Source: an uncultured virus (IMG/VR IMGVR_UViG_3300046007_009360) (lineage: Duplodnaviria > Heunggongvirae > Uroviricota > Caudoviricetes). From it: a DNA stretch of 60,776 nt. Of this stretch, positions 21,147 through 30,758 are shown one piece after another. The notes beneath the pieces are model-generated. The model was given only the letters and a program-made list of their open reading frames with translations. It had not been told where the DNA came from and ran no database searches. Where the stretch lies: the IMG/VR virus record IMGVR_UViG_3300046007_009360. One strand, given 5' to 3'. Within the stretch, counting starts at the first letter, position 1, and every line of letters starts with the position of its first letter. The translations under genes were made by a program, and so were the position numbers.

Positions 21147-21880
21147 TATTCCATCAATGTATCTAGTCTAAAGATATAGTCGTTCTTTATTTCTTTAGGA
21201 ATTGCGGCAGCGTGAGCTACGTATACATCTTTAGAAAGTATATCTGGTGGAACTAGATTTACAACTCTCGGAGATAGTTTAGAACGAATGCAATTTATAG
21301 CCATTGAGTTATATTGTTTAGGTAATGCGCGATGAGGTATTTTATATTTTCTTAAAAGATAATTAATTTTTGTTTGATCAGAAAAATTAAAAAATATTTT
21401 ATAATTTTCGTCATCAAAGATAACTTTATGCTCTTTTTCCATCATCATAAATCCTGCATTATAATAACCATAAGTCCAATTTATACTGCCTAACATTGCT
21501 TGAGAGCTAATCATTTCATCTACTCTATGAAAGCAATATTCATCTCCAGCTGCTCCGTCTAAAACCGCATAGAAATATCCATCTTCATATATCTCAAAAA
21601 TATTAGGAATTTTTCTGGACACTACCATATCAGCATCTATACATAAAGTTTTATCAAATTTTCCTATTATATTTTTTAGTATTAAGGACTTATTATATTG
21701 ATTTAATTCGTAATTTTCTGGCCAATCTTCATTTTTTAAATTTTTATCTATTCTATTTTCAATAATTAATTCTGCATTCCATTTGTTAGCTAAAAAATTC
21801 AAACGTGGCACAACAACTTTTTCAAAAGCTTCTTTATATGAAGGCTCGAACCAATAATAAGTTACTATTGCCGTTTTCAT
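21146..21880 (-). CDS. GT-A glycosyltransferase (GT8-like)
   Basis: CIDADM (DxD), YNAGFM, DQTKIN, late HAA. Confidence 0.7.
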   Translation of the reverse strand: MKTAIVTYYWFEPSYKEAFEKVVVPRLNFLANKWNAELIIENRIDKNLKNEDWPENYELNQYNKSLILKNIIGKFDKTLCIDADMVVSRKIPNIFEIYEDGYFYAVLDGAAGDEYCFHRVDEMISSQAMLGSINWTYGYYNAGFMMMEKEHKVIFDDENYKIFFNFSDQTKINYLLRKYKIPHRALPKQYNSMAINCIRSKLSPRVVNLVPPDILSKDVYVAHAAAIPKEIKNDYIFRLDTLME

Positions 21881-22725
21881 TTATGAAAGAATGGACATTT
21901 TGATATGGAACTTCTTAATTTATTTAGATCGTTTATTTGATCTTTCCTAGAAGATATATATCTCTTCTTTAATAAAGCCAAAGTCGCCTCTTCTTTAAAA
22001 ATATCGTTATCTGTTACTTTCCTTACATTAAAATTAAAATTATTATTTTTCTTTATAGGAATCATTTTAACTATAGATGTTCCAGCCGGAATTAAGAAGG
22101 AGAACGGAGCTTTTCTATGAATTTGTATATTTATATTAAGATGACTTCCAAATTCTGGATTAAATATTCCTGGAACAGCTGAGAATAAATTAGAAGTATT
22201 AGAATAATATACTGGTAATAACATTAATTGCCAATCTTTATTCATATTCACTCTCCAATTAGACATAATTTTTAATAAATGCGGCCATGTATCTTCTCTA
22301 CTTCTCGCAAATTCTGGAAATTGATTACCATTATGAGATTGAACTTCTGGATTTATAAATTGTCCATTTTTAAGATTTCCAGCTGGAGTAGGAGTTTCTA
22401 TAAGAAATTTACCATCATCATCATTTGATATTAAGGTAACTCTTATATCTTGCCAAGTTTTTAAATGAATTCCCTCGTTCATTATAGATCTAATGCCAGG
22501 ACATTTTTCAACAAAGAAAGTATTACCTTTTGGATTTAAATTCTTGTTATCGTGAAAATCGTCAATATAGATCTTGGTTTTTTCTAATCTATTCTTTAGC
22601 CAAGAAGGATTCTCGTCGTGAAAGGCTTTAATTGGTTGACTTACTTCTTCTAAGCCAGGAATTATAGAATAGAATTCTATCTCTGGATCATCTTTTTTAA
22701 AAAAAGATAAAATTTTATTAATCAT
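21877..22725 (-). CDS. Hypothetical phage protein
   Basis: Intact ORF overlapping its neighbours; KCPGI..W.D, AVPG and IPAGT motifs; ends CPFFHK. Confidence 0.6.
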   Translation of the reverse strand: MINKILSFFKKDDPEIEFYSIIPGLEEVSQPIKAFHDENPSWLKNRLEKTKIYIDDFHDNKNLNPKGNTFFVEKCPGIRSIMNEGIHLKTWQDIRVTLISNDDDGKFLIETPTPAGNLKNGQFINPEVQSHNGNQFPEFARSREDTWPHLLKIMSNWRVNMNKDWQLMLLPVYYSNTSNLFSAVPGIFNPEFGSHLNINIQIHRKAPFSFLIPAGTSIVKMIPIKKNNNFNFNVRKVTDNDIFKEEATLALLKKRYISSRKDQINDLNKLRSSISKCPFFHK

Positions 22726-22876
22726 CTTTCTTTATCTTAAAGATATTCAAGATATTATTAAATTCTGGTACTTCAACTCCTTTTAACTCTGTACGAGATA
22801 GATATTTAAATAGAGCCTCTACTTCTTTTAGAGTTAAAGAGAAAGTGTAACTTGATTCTTGATCTTCTTTATTCAT
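22718..22876 (-). CDS. Small hypothetical protein (52 aa), absent from the ORF track
   Basis: MNKEDQESSYTFSLTLKEVEALFKYLSRTELKGVEVPEFNNILNIFKIKKDD*; ATGA-coupled to the upstream stop and overlapping the downstream start. Confidence 0.7.
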   Translation of the reverse strand: MNKEDQESSYTFSLTLKEVEALFKYLSRTELKGVEVPEFNNILNIFKIKKDD

Positions 22877-23676
22877 ACATTCTTTATCCTTTCAATAAGT
22901 TCAAAGATTTTGCTCTTCGATATATCTGATATATTATTAATATTTTCTGCATTTTCAAATTTTTCTTTAATTAATTTCTTTTTTAATTGGTCAAAAGAAA
23001 TTCCTTTTTCTTTCATGACTTTCTCTAGTAAAACATGAGGAGAAGTTGGATTCTCCTGTACGGAGGGAGATTCATCAAGGAGTTTAGCGTCTCCTAGTTC
23101 CTCTTGAGAAACGATATTAATTTTTAAGAAGTTACGTACACAACGAACAAAAGCTCTGTTCTCAGCTATTGCTGCAAGAAAGAAGCGAGCGAAAGATTTT
23201 GTATTACTAGATGTCGCATCAGCCAGAGCCTCGAAGATAATTTCTCTGCCATCGGTTTCATAGTTTGGCATCCAAGTAATTCTACAGCTTGTGGCAAAAT
23301 AATTCTCAGAAGCGGTAACTACTTTGTATTCAACCTTTGAATAACCTCTAATTTGAGCTAATTCTTTAATACCACCTAATAGAATTAATAGGTCTTTATC
23401 TTCTAATTTTGATACATCTGTTTCTTGTGTCTTTTGACGATTTGGAACAAGATACTCTGTCTTTACCATCTTACGCCAATTAATAGAACCATCTTCATTA
23501 TAGATATAATTTATATTTTTATTCTCTAACAAACCATATTTATTTCTGGTAATTATTTTTGGTGGAATCTGAACCTCTTCTATAGCTTTACTTGGCTCAC
23601 TTAGTATATCAATGTTATTTAACTCTGAACTACCTATCGTAATAGTCTCTTGATTTTCTTTAATTTTTGGGCTCAT
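22873..23676 (-). CDS. Conserved phage protein, possibly Rad52/Red-beta-like ssDNA annealing protein
   Basis: LGGIKELA..GY, ADA..N and AIAENRAFVRCVR recall annealase motifs; start moved to ATG 23676 because the track's TTG is the promoter -35. Confidence 0.4.
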   Translation of the reverse strand: MSPKIKENQETITIGSSELNNIDILSEPSKAIEEVQIPPKIITRNKYGLLENKNINYIYNEDGSINWRKMVKTEYLVPNRQKTQETDVSKLEDKDLLILLGGIKELAQIRGYSKVEYKVVTASENYFATSCRITWMPNYETDGREIIFEALADATSSNTKSFARFFLAAIAENRAFVRCVRNFLKINIVSQEELGDAKLLDESPSVQENPTSPHVLLEKVMKEKGISFDQLKKKLIKEKFENAENINNISDISKSKIFELIERIKNV

Positions 23677-23683
23677 TTTAATA

Positions 23684-23712
23684 ATGATACTGTAATTTTT
23701 ATTACTGGTCAA
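23684..23712 (-). promoter_or_regulatory. Sigma70-like promoter
   Basis: TTGACC-N17-TATCAT, 7 nt before ATG 23676. Confidence 0.7.
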
Positions 23713-24841
23713 GAGAAAAGATATAAAGATTATTTAATTCTTTTTGTAGTTCTTTATTCTCTATATATTTATTTGATAAGTCTTTGGTTAACCATTGATA
23801 TTTAGTATTAAATTGCCCTTCTGAAGATAAAATAATTCTAGAAGATTTGAAATAAATATTATCTGCAAAATTTATATGATCTTTAGGATAATCTCTTCTT
23901 ATAATTAAACCATAATCCATATAGTCTAATTTAAATTGATTTAATTCATCCTCATTAAGATATGACATATAAACTGTATTTATAGTGTTATTCTTTAGAA
24001 TCTTAATAAATTTTGAATCGTTATCATTCTCAACCAAATAAACGAATTGTACTATATTATTCTTATATTGTTTTAAGAGATTCTCATTAATAGGTTTATT
24101 CGTAATAATAATACATTTTCTATTCTGTAAGTAATATTCCAAAACTTGTTCATCAAAATGATAATCCATTCTAATAATAAATGTCTCTATATTAATTGAA
24201 GAAATATTAATTGGTTTATCTGGAATAATTTCAAATGTTTTTGATTTGTAATCATCTCCAATATAGATAGTCTTGGGAGTCTTTTTATATGTTATATTTA
24301 GTAAGTCTAAAACTCCTTTGGCTATTTCTTCTGGTTTAATATTATTTATACTTTTTGGGAATTCATTAGCAGAGTATTGAGGTTTCTTATCTGTATTTGG
24401 TTTTAATAATACTAAGTCCTGTGATTTTGACCAATAAGGTTTTACATTATTAATATTATTATTTGAATAGATGCATACTATCTTCTTATTAAAGCCTGAA
24501 GCAATATGAGCCGCAAAACTATCTGCGCCCAAATGCAAAATTGAGTTATTAACTATATAAGCGGCTTGAGATATCTTTGTTTGTCCAGATAGATTAATTG
24601 TTCCATTAATATGTTTATCGTCTTTTGCGCCAATTTGTATAATTTTTATATTTTGTTCATTTAAATACGGAGAAATCATTGCGATGACTTCATCCCAATA
24701 ATCATAATTTTTTGATTGATATTTACTAAAAGGTTGAAAAGATATGTATTTTTCAACAGGTATAGGGAAAAATGTTTCGTAAATATAGGGCTTTCCTATC
24801 TTTACTCCGCAAGAAGTTGCATATCTTTCAATTAAGTGCAT
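23702..24841 (-). CDS. GT9-like protein (C-terminal Rossmann half plus extra domain)
   Basis: KNYDYWDEV, IIQIG, HLGADSFAAHIA; lacks the N-terminal GD motif. Confidence 0.6.
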   Translation of the reverse strand: MHLIERYATSCGVKIGKPYIYETFFPIPVEKYISFQPFSKYQSKNYDYWDEVIAMISPYLNEQNIKIIQIGAKDDKHINGTINLSGQTKISQAAYIVNNSILHLGADSFAAHIASGFNKKIVCIYSNNNINNVKPYWSKSQDLVLLKPNTDKKPQYSANEFPKSINNIKPEEIAKGVLDLLNITYKKTPKTIYIGDDYKSKTFEIIPDKPINISSINIETFIIRMDYHFDEQVLEYYLQNRKCIIITNKPINENLLKQYKNNIVQFVYLVENDNDSKFIKILKNNTINTVYMSYLNEDELNQFKLDYMDYGLIIRRDYPKDHINFADNIYFKSSRIILSSEGQFNTKYQWLTKDLSNKYIENKELQKELNNLYIFSLDQ

Positions 24842-26769
24842 ATTTCATCCTTTATATTGAATTGTATATTAGTCTTACCATTATGTATATAATCTAAAAA
24901 TAATTGTGTTCCTGCATGAGGAAGAAAGGCGACTTCAAAGTATCCTTTATGTTCTCCAGCTCCTTCTAGCCATAGCAGTTGATTCATCTGAGGTATAAAT
25001 TGTAATAATTTATGTATGTGAGGATTTCCTTCGAGTATTTCAAAATATTCGGGCTTTGTTGCTACATATAGATTATGATTAGGATATTGTTTTTTAATAT
25101 TTTCAAACAAAGAAGTTGAAATATATATATCTCCAATACTCTCGGGCATTACATATATAATCCTTCTTCCTTCGTCATCTTTATCTAAAAGATCTGAAAA
25201 ATCTATTTTTTTATTCTTTTGATTCTCTTGTGCGGCAACATTTCTAAAATAATTTTCTATGTCTTGTCTTTTTGCTCCTTTTGAAATCTCTGTCATCCAA
25301 TATTTATGTCCATCATCATCTCCATTAATATCTTTCATCTTTAAAAGATTATGATACATATAAGTTATCCATTCACTATCATTTTTTATCTCTGGAATTT
25401 GATGAAATGGATCTTTATCTTCTTCCTTGAGAGAGAAGTCGTAAGTTGTGTATTCTGATTGATCTATAAACTTTTCAATCTCTTTTGCTATGTTTTCAAC
25501 TGCATAATTTTGTATAGTCCATTCTCTAGCTTTTATTCCCATTTCTCTTCTTTTTAGAATGGACATATTATAGACTTTATTTATTTGTTTAGCTATAGAA
25601 TTAGGTTTGGTAGAAGCTTTTATAAATTCTGTTCCATGCTCTCTATATTCACTCCATTCTAATTCAAAAGACCCAGCTGATTCTTGACACATTTCCTCTC
25701 CGCAAGAATAATTTGTTACCAATGTAATTAACTCTGTGAGTTTTGCTTCTTGAATTGGTATCTCTTGACCTCCACTTGTAAATGGATGACAATATACATC
25801 CATTAGATTGTAGACCTCATTTAATTGTTCTTCTGTTACTCCTATCCCTACATTAGTAGTTACTTGACTTTTTTCACTCTTACAAAATCTACAGTCTACA
25901 TCTTGTCCATGAAAATTTTTAATTTCATACTCGCCACATTTTTTACAAATATAGGTTGTTAAGATTTCTCTTGGATCAATTCCATATTCTTTTGATAATT
26001 TAGGTATGTTCCATCCCTCACTCCAATGAGTATGTAAAAGTAAAAAAGTATTTTTAATTTGAGGGTTAGATCTTTTCCATAAGGAATATCCTTCTAAAAG
26101 ATTGGGGACACTTTTTCTAAGTTGGTTTCTAAATACAAATCCTATAATAAAAGAATCTAAGGGGATATTATATTTTTTCCTAATCTCTTCTCTTCTGTAA
26201 TTTTCTAATCTGTAAAAATTAGAAACATCAAGAGGTCCATGTAAAGTTTTTACATGTTTATGCCCAAGTTCATGTAATGCTTTTGTAGCGAAATCACTCC
26301 ATATCCAATAATTTTTGATTTTTGGAGCTTTTTCAACCGCAGAAGGAAGAATCGGTAAAGAATCTAAAGTAGTCCATAATACCGAAGAAATCTTATTAAA
26401 CCATTTTTTATCAATAGCAAAATCTATACCCCAAATATCTTGAACAGCTATATAAACATCAGGCTTCTCTTCTTGAATAACTCTATCCAGATAATGCGAG
26501 CCATAACTTGCTAGTCTAGCTATATTTGGATCTTTATTTAATTGTTCTATTTCTTGTGGATTATCTGGCAATGAACCTATGGACTTCCAAGGAGTCTTTT
26601 TAAGTTCTGGATTTGAATATTGCAATCCGCAACAATAATGTACTATATCATACTTTCCAGTTTTATATAAGAAAGTTAAAAGAGCTTTTGCTGCTCTACC
26701 AAAACCAGTTTTGGCAAGAGAGAAATCAGATTGATAGACTATTTTCTTCTTGCGAGACACAATTACCAA
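24832..26769 (-). CDS. GT4-like glycosyltransferase with CxxC..CxxC insert and C-terminal GT9 N-domain
   Basis: TGFGR, RNQLRKS, YNLMDVYCHP..GGQEIPIQEAK; CKKC/CRFC; C-terminal ESIGD...YVAT...EGNPHI. Confidence 0.7.
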   Translation of the reverse strand: MVIVSRKKKIVYQSDFSLAKTGFGRAAKALLTFLYKTGKYDIVHYCCGLQYSNPELKKTPWKSIGSLPDNPQEIEQLNKDPNIARLASYGSHYLDRVIQEEKPDVYIAVQDIWGIDFAIDKKWFNKISSVLWTTLDSLPILPSAVEKAPKIKNYWIWSDFATKALHELGHKHVKTLHGPLDVSNFYRLENYRREEIRKKYNIPLDSFIIGFVFRNQLRKSVPNLLEGYSLWKRSNPQIKNTFLLLHTHWSEGWNIPKLSKEYGIDPREILTTYICKKCGEYEIKNFHGQDVDCRFCKSEKSQVTTNVGIGVTEEQLNEVYNLMDVYCHPFTSGGQEIPIQEAKLTELITLVTNYSCGEEMCQESAGSFELEWSEYREHGTEFIKASTKPNSIAKQINKVYNMSILKRREMGIKAREWTIQNYAVENIAKEIEKFIDQSEYTTYDFSLKEEDKDPFHQIPEIKNDSEWITYMYHNLLKMKDINGDDDGHKYWMTEISKGAKRQDIENYFRNVAAQENQKNKKIDFSDLLDKDDEGRRIIYVMPESIGDIYISTSLFENIKKQYPNHNLYVATKPEYFEILEGNPHIHKLLQFIPQMNQLLWLEGAGEHKGYFEVAFLPHAGTQLFLDYIHNGKTNIQFNIKDEICT

Positions 26770-27305
26770 AGTTCGCCATCTTCTTCGGCGTTAGATTTAT
26801 TTGATTCTTGAGATGATTTTGAGTTTTTAAATTTTTTAATTGCTTCAACTTCTTGAGCTTTAAATATTGAATGTAAAGAATGAACCAAGAACTCTCTTAG
26901 TAGTCTAGCTTCGCTAAAATAGAAGCCAAGCAAAAATGATTGTTTATTCTCTATATTTTCTTTACTTTCCTTATTAACACTATAAGAGAAGCCGACTTGT
27001 TTATTATCTTTAATATAAGGTGAAAATTTAATTTTTGTAATTTGTTTATCAGAAGAATGATAAGCAGAAAATTCTACATTTTTATCAAGAGCTTCAAGTA
27101 AGCCAGCGACCTCTGTTTGAGAGAATTTAACTCTAGCACTTTTTTGAGGATTATCTCTATTATCAGAGAACGAACCAGTTTTCGTGGCTTCATTCCAAGA
27201 ACTCTGTTTAATTAAAGAACTCCAGATTGAGCCTTCTTTTGAATTTACGCTAAAACTACAAGCCGTACCTGTATTTTTACTATTTGGTTTATAAAATGAT
27301 ATCAT
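26763..27305 (-). CDS. Putative ssDNA-binding protein (Whirly/PC4-like)
   Basis: Next to the polymerase; two similar beta-sheet/helix halves (VKFSQTEVAGL; FYFSEARLL); acidic aromatic-ended tail AEEDGELW; start at ATG 27305. Confidence 0.45.
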   Translation of the reverse strand: MISFYKPNSKNTGTACSFSVNSKEGSIWSSLIKQSSWNEATKTGSFSDNRDNPQKSARVKFSQTEVAGLLEALDKNVEFSAYHSSDKQITKIKFSPYIKDNKQVGFSYSVNKESKENIENKQSFLLGFYFSEARLLREFLVHSLHSIFKAQEVEAIKKFKNSKSSQESNKSNAEEDGELW

Positions 27306-27312
27306 AATAAAT

Positions 27313-27341
27313 ATATTACTCTTTATTATTAGTATTGTCAA
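27313..27341 (-). promoter_or_regulatory. Sigma70-like promoter
   Basis: TTGACA-N17-TAATAT, 7 nt before ATG 27305. Confidence 0.7.
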
Positions 27342-29925
27342 CTATTTTCTTTAGATCATTTAATTTCATATATATTTCTTGGTCTTGGATCGCGACAAGA
27401 TCGCCAAATATACAATCATCTTTCTTTAATCCTTTAACTATAACAATATTTCCTTCTTCAAAATTCCTATTATTTAATAATTTATTATTTTCAATATTAT
27501 CGTTAAATATTAACGTATTAATATATCCAGTTTCATCAGAAATCTTAAGTCGAACATATCTAGTTTTCTTTTCATTTTTTGAAACTCCAGAGAATACATC
27601 GTCAATTTGACCAACAAATGCAATTTTTGTATTTAAAGGTATATCAGATATATCGGATATATGTATTAGATTCTCTCTTTTCTCTGAAAATATTTCTTTT
27701 AGATTCTTATTATAAGTATAACCTAATAATCTCTTTTCATAATACCAATTTGCAAAACTTTCACTCTTACTATTTTGATTGTATATCTTTAAATATGGAT
27801 CATATTTATTTTTTATTGTTTTAAGTCTATTATCTTTAACGACTATATGATTTTTTTCATCTGTAAATTTATTTAAATGTTTAATGATTTTAATTAGATC
27901 ATAATCAAATTTCTCTGCAAATGAAATAGCATATTTCTTTTCTTTAGAGGTTAAAATGTTCCATAATTGAGCTTCTAAAACTATTTTAGATCTTGATTGT
28001 TTAAATCCACTTAATGCTCCAGCTTGAATTAAGGCAGATAAAACTCCAATGTTTAGATCTGCTTCTTCTGCCGCTTGAAAAATTTCAAATTTATTAGAAT
28101 ATTTATTCCTAAAACTATTTAGTTTCTCAATTGATTTATCTGATATTCCCTTGATAGAAAGTAAGCCAAATCTAATATCTCTATCTTCAATAGAAAAATC
28201 CATATCAGATTTAATGATGTGGGGTGGTAATAATTCAATTTTAAATTCATGCATTTCTTTTTGAATTTTAGATATTTCACCAATTGGGTCTGGTTCATTT
28301 CTGCTCATCTTTAATAAGGATAAGAAAAATTGTTGTGGATAATTAAATTTAAGATAAATTGTAACCGCGGCCAAAGCTGCATATGCAAGTGAATGAGATT
28401 TATTAAATGAATAATTTGCAGAGTCTTCCATGATCTTCCATAAGATATCTCCGACCTCTTTTGGTAATTTATTTTGTTTTATTTTTGCATCAATTTTCTT
28501 TTGCCATGCTTTAATCTCTTCGATCTTCTTCTTACCCACGATTCTTCTTAAGATTTCTGCTTCATCGAGCGTAAATCCAATCTTGTGGGCCATTTGCATC
28601 AATTGCTCTTGATAAAGTGCAACTCCACCAGTTTGTTTTAGAATCTCATCAAAGAATGGGTGAATGCTCTCATAATCTTCTGTATTTGTATATTTTGCAT
28701 ACTTATCAACAAATTGAAGCGCTCCAGGTCTAGCTAACGCAAGAACCCCACTAAGTTCTTCTAGATTTTTTGGTTTTACTTTTTGGCAAACTTTAAAATT
28801 TGTATCTGCCTCAATTTGGAATAATCCATGTGGACTTCTTAGGTCTTGAAGATTTCTATAAATTGATTCGTCATTTAGATTGATATCTTCAACTTTTATT
28901 CCTATATTTTTGCATACATCATGAACTACAGATACGCTTCTTAAACCTAAAATATCTAGTTTAATATTAAATAAACTTACCCAATTCATATCAAAACTTG
29001 AAACAGGTTCTTTATCAGAAGAAAATTCTGTTGGACATACTTTTTCTAAATCATCGTAAGAAAGCAACACGCCAGATGGATGTACGCCTTTATTTTTAAT
29101 TAAATCTCTTAGTTTTAGTGCTATTTCGTATACTTCTTTATTCTCATCGCACCATTCTTGAAATTTAGATACTTCTTTATAGGCAGTTGTTATGTCTTTA
29201 ACTTGACCGAATACTTTTGGGATCAAAGAAGATATCGTAGTCATTTCCTCTTCAGTTTTCTCGCCTACAATTTTACCACATTCCTTTATGAGTAATTTTC
29301 CGCTAAGGGTATTAAGAGTTAAAATCTTACTTGTTTTGCCTTTAAATTTATTCTCAAGATACTCCAATACTTTATGACGATTATAGTAACAAATGTCAAG
29401 ATCTACGTCGCACATTAAACTACCATCTAAGTACGTTACCCCATCAACAACCTGCTTTTTAGCTCGAATCTTGGATATAAATCTTTCAAAATAAAGGTTA
29501 TATTTAACTGGATCTATTCTTGTCACCCCTATAAGATAAAGAATTAGAGACCCTGCGGCAGAACCTCTACCTAAACCAACAGGAATATTATTAGTTTTAC
29601 AAAAGTTAATAACATCCCAAACTAATAAAATATAATCAATAAATCCAAGTTCTTTTAATGTATCTAATTCGTATTTAGCGCGATCTACATATTTTTTATA
29701 TTCTGGCAGACTTTTATCTATCTTTAGATCTTTAAATCCATTTAAGGCTAATGCTCTAAGAAAATCATAATTTAAAACATCCTCACTAAGATTAAGATGC
29801 CTTTTCGCTGAAGATTCAATATTAAACTCTGGAAGTCTTACTCCATGTAAGCCTAAATCTAGATCTTCAAATTTTGAAGATAGATCTTTATCAGCGCGAA
29901 GGTTATTCAAATTTTCCTTCATCAT
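27316..29925 (-). CDS. dnaE: DNA polymerase III alpha catalytic core, lacking the PHP domain
   Basis: GRGSAAGSL, DVDLD, HPSG, KLDILGL, YSFNKSH; C-terminal OB-fold. Confidence 0.92.
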   Translation of the reverse strand: MMKENLNNLRADKDLSSKFEDLDLGLHGVRLPEFNIESSAKRHLNLSEDVLNYDFLRALALNGFKDLKIDKSLPEYKKYVDRAKYELDTLKELGFIDYILLVWDVINFCKTNNIPVGLGRGSAAGSLILYLIGVTRIDPVKYNLYFERFISKIRAKKQVVDGVTYLDGSLMCDVDLDICYYNRHKVLEYLENKFKGKTSKILTLNTLSGKLLIKECGKIVGEKTEEEMTTISSLIPKVFGQVKDITTAYKEVSKFQEWCDENKEVYEIALKLRDLIKNKGVHPSGVLLSYDDLEKVCPTEFSSDKEPVSSFDMNWVSLFNIKLDILGLRSVSVVHDVCKNIGIKVEDINLNDESIYRNLQDLRSPHGLFQIEADTNFKVCQKVKPKNLEELSGVLALARPGALQFVDKYAKYTNTEDYESIHPFFDEILKQTGGVALYQEQLMQMAHKIGFTLDEAEILRRIVGKKKIEEIKAWQKKIDAKIKQNKLPKEVGDILWKIMEDSANYSFNKSHSLAYAALAAVTIYLKFNYPQQFFLSLLKMSRNEPDPIGEISKIQKEMHEFKIELLPPHIIKSDMDFSIEDRDIRFGLLSIKGISDKSIEKLNSFRNKYSNKFEIFQAAEEADLNIGVLSALIQAGALSGFKQSRSKIVLEAQLWNILTSKEKKYAISFAEKFDYDLIKIIKHLNKFTDEKNHIVVKDNRLKTIKNKYDPYLKIYNQNSKSESFANWYYEKRLLGYTYNKNLKEIFSEKRENLIHISDISDIPLNTKIAFVGQIDDVFSGVSKNEKKTRYVRLKISDETGYINTLIFNDNIENNKLLNNRNFEEGNIVIVKGLKKDDCIFGDLVAIQDQEIYMKLNDLKKIVDNTNNKE

Positions 29926-30118
29926 CTAATCTATCAACCTCTTTTGTAAATTCATTTAATCCTTGAGTTAAAATCTTCATTGAATTTTTATCTTTTAGAG
30001 AATAGAACACATCAGCTTTCCCATTTTTCTTTCCTTTTTGAATAGTAATCAAGAGATATTCTATATTTGAATCATCTAATTTCTGAATCATGTCATAAAT
30101 ATCATCTAATGATGCCAT
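29903..30118 (-). CDS. Small hypothetical protein between exonuclease and polymerase core
   Basis: 71-aa ORF tightly packed with both neighbours. Confidence 0.6.
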   Translation of the reverse strand: MASLDDIYDMIQKLDDSNIEYLLITIQKGKKNGKADVFYSLKDKNSMKILTQGLNEFTKEVDRLDDEGKFE

Positions 30119-30119
30119 A

Positions 30120-30758
30120 TTATACCTCTATTTGCCATTTCAATTTATTCCATACTTTTAAATTTAAGTCAAGATCATTAATTGCATCATGCAATTTATC
30201 GTAATCATGTTCAATTCCATTTTCTTTGCCTAATACTGTCAATGAGCTTTTTACATTTTTCTTCCTTGTATGATATATTTTATATTGATATTCTATTAAG
30301 CTTTCTTTTGGACTATATTGTATTCCATATTTAATTCCACGGGCGACGGCATTTGTATCAATGAATTTATTTACTAAATGATGCCAATTACAACCCATGT
30401 ATTTATAATATTCTTTTATAAGGTAAATGTCAAACCCCAAAGTGTTATGACCAATAATATAGTCTGCATGATCTAACCAATCTTTAATTGTTGGGAATAA
30501 CTCTTTTGGATCTTGCCCTTCCTTCTGTACTTTTTTATGATCGTATCTAGTGATTCTAGCGGCATCTTGACTTATTTTTAAATCTGTTTGCCACTTAATA
30601 TAAAAATTCTTTTCATCAATCTTTTTATCTCCTTGGACTTTAATCATTGCGATTTGCCAAGGTAAATTATGACAAAAATTTAAACAAAGATTAAAAGTTT
30701 CACAGTCTATAAAGACTAATGTTTTATTCTTATTATATCTTAATAAATGTTCGTCCAT
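30120..30758 (-). CDS. DEDDh 3'-5' exonuclease (DnaQ-like)
   Basis: IDCET, GHNTLGFD, HDAINDL. Confidence 0.85.
   Translation of the reverse strand: MDEHLLRYNKNKTLVFIDCETFNLCLNFCHNLPWQIAMIKVQGDKKIDEKNFYIKWQTDLKISQDAARITRYDHKKVQKEGQDPKELFPTIKDWLDHADYIIGHNTLGFDIYLIKEYYKYMGCNWHHLVNKFIDTNAVARGIKYGIQYSPKESLIEYQYKIYHTRKKNVKSSLTVLGKENGIEHDYDKLHDAINDLDLNLKVWNKLKWQIEV

Noticed and set aside
22845..22850. GTGTAA on the + strand
   Set aside because: Antisense within the 52-aa ORF, with no suitably placed downstream gene; probably chance
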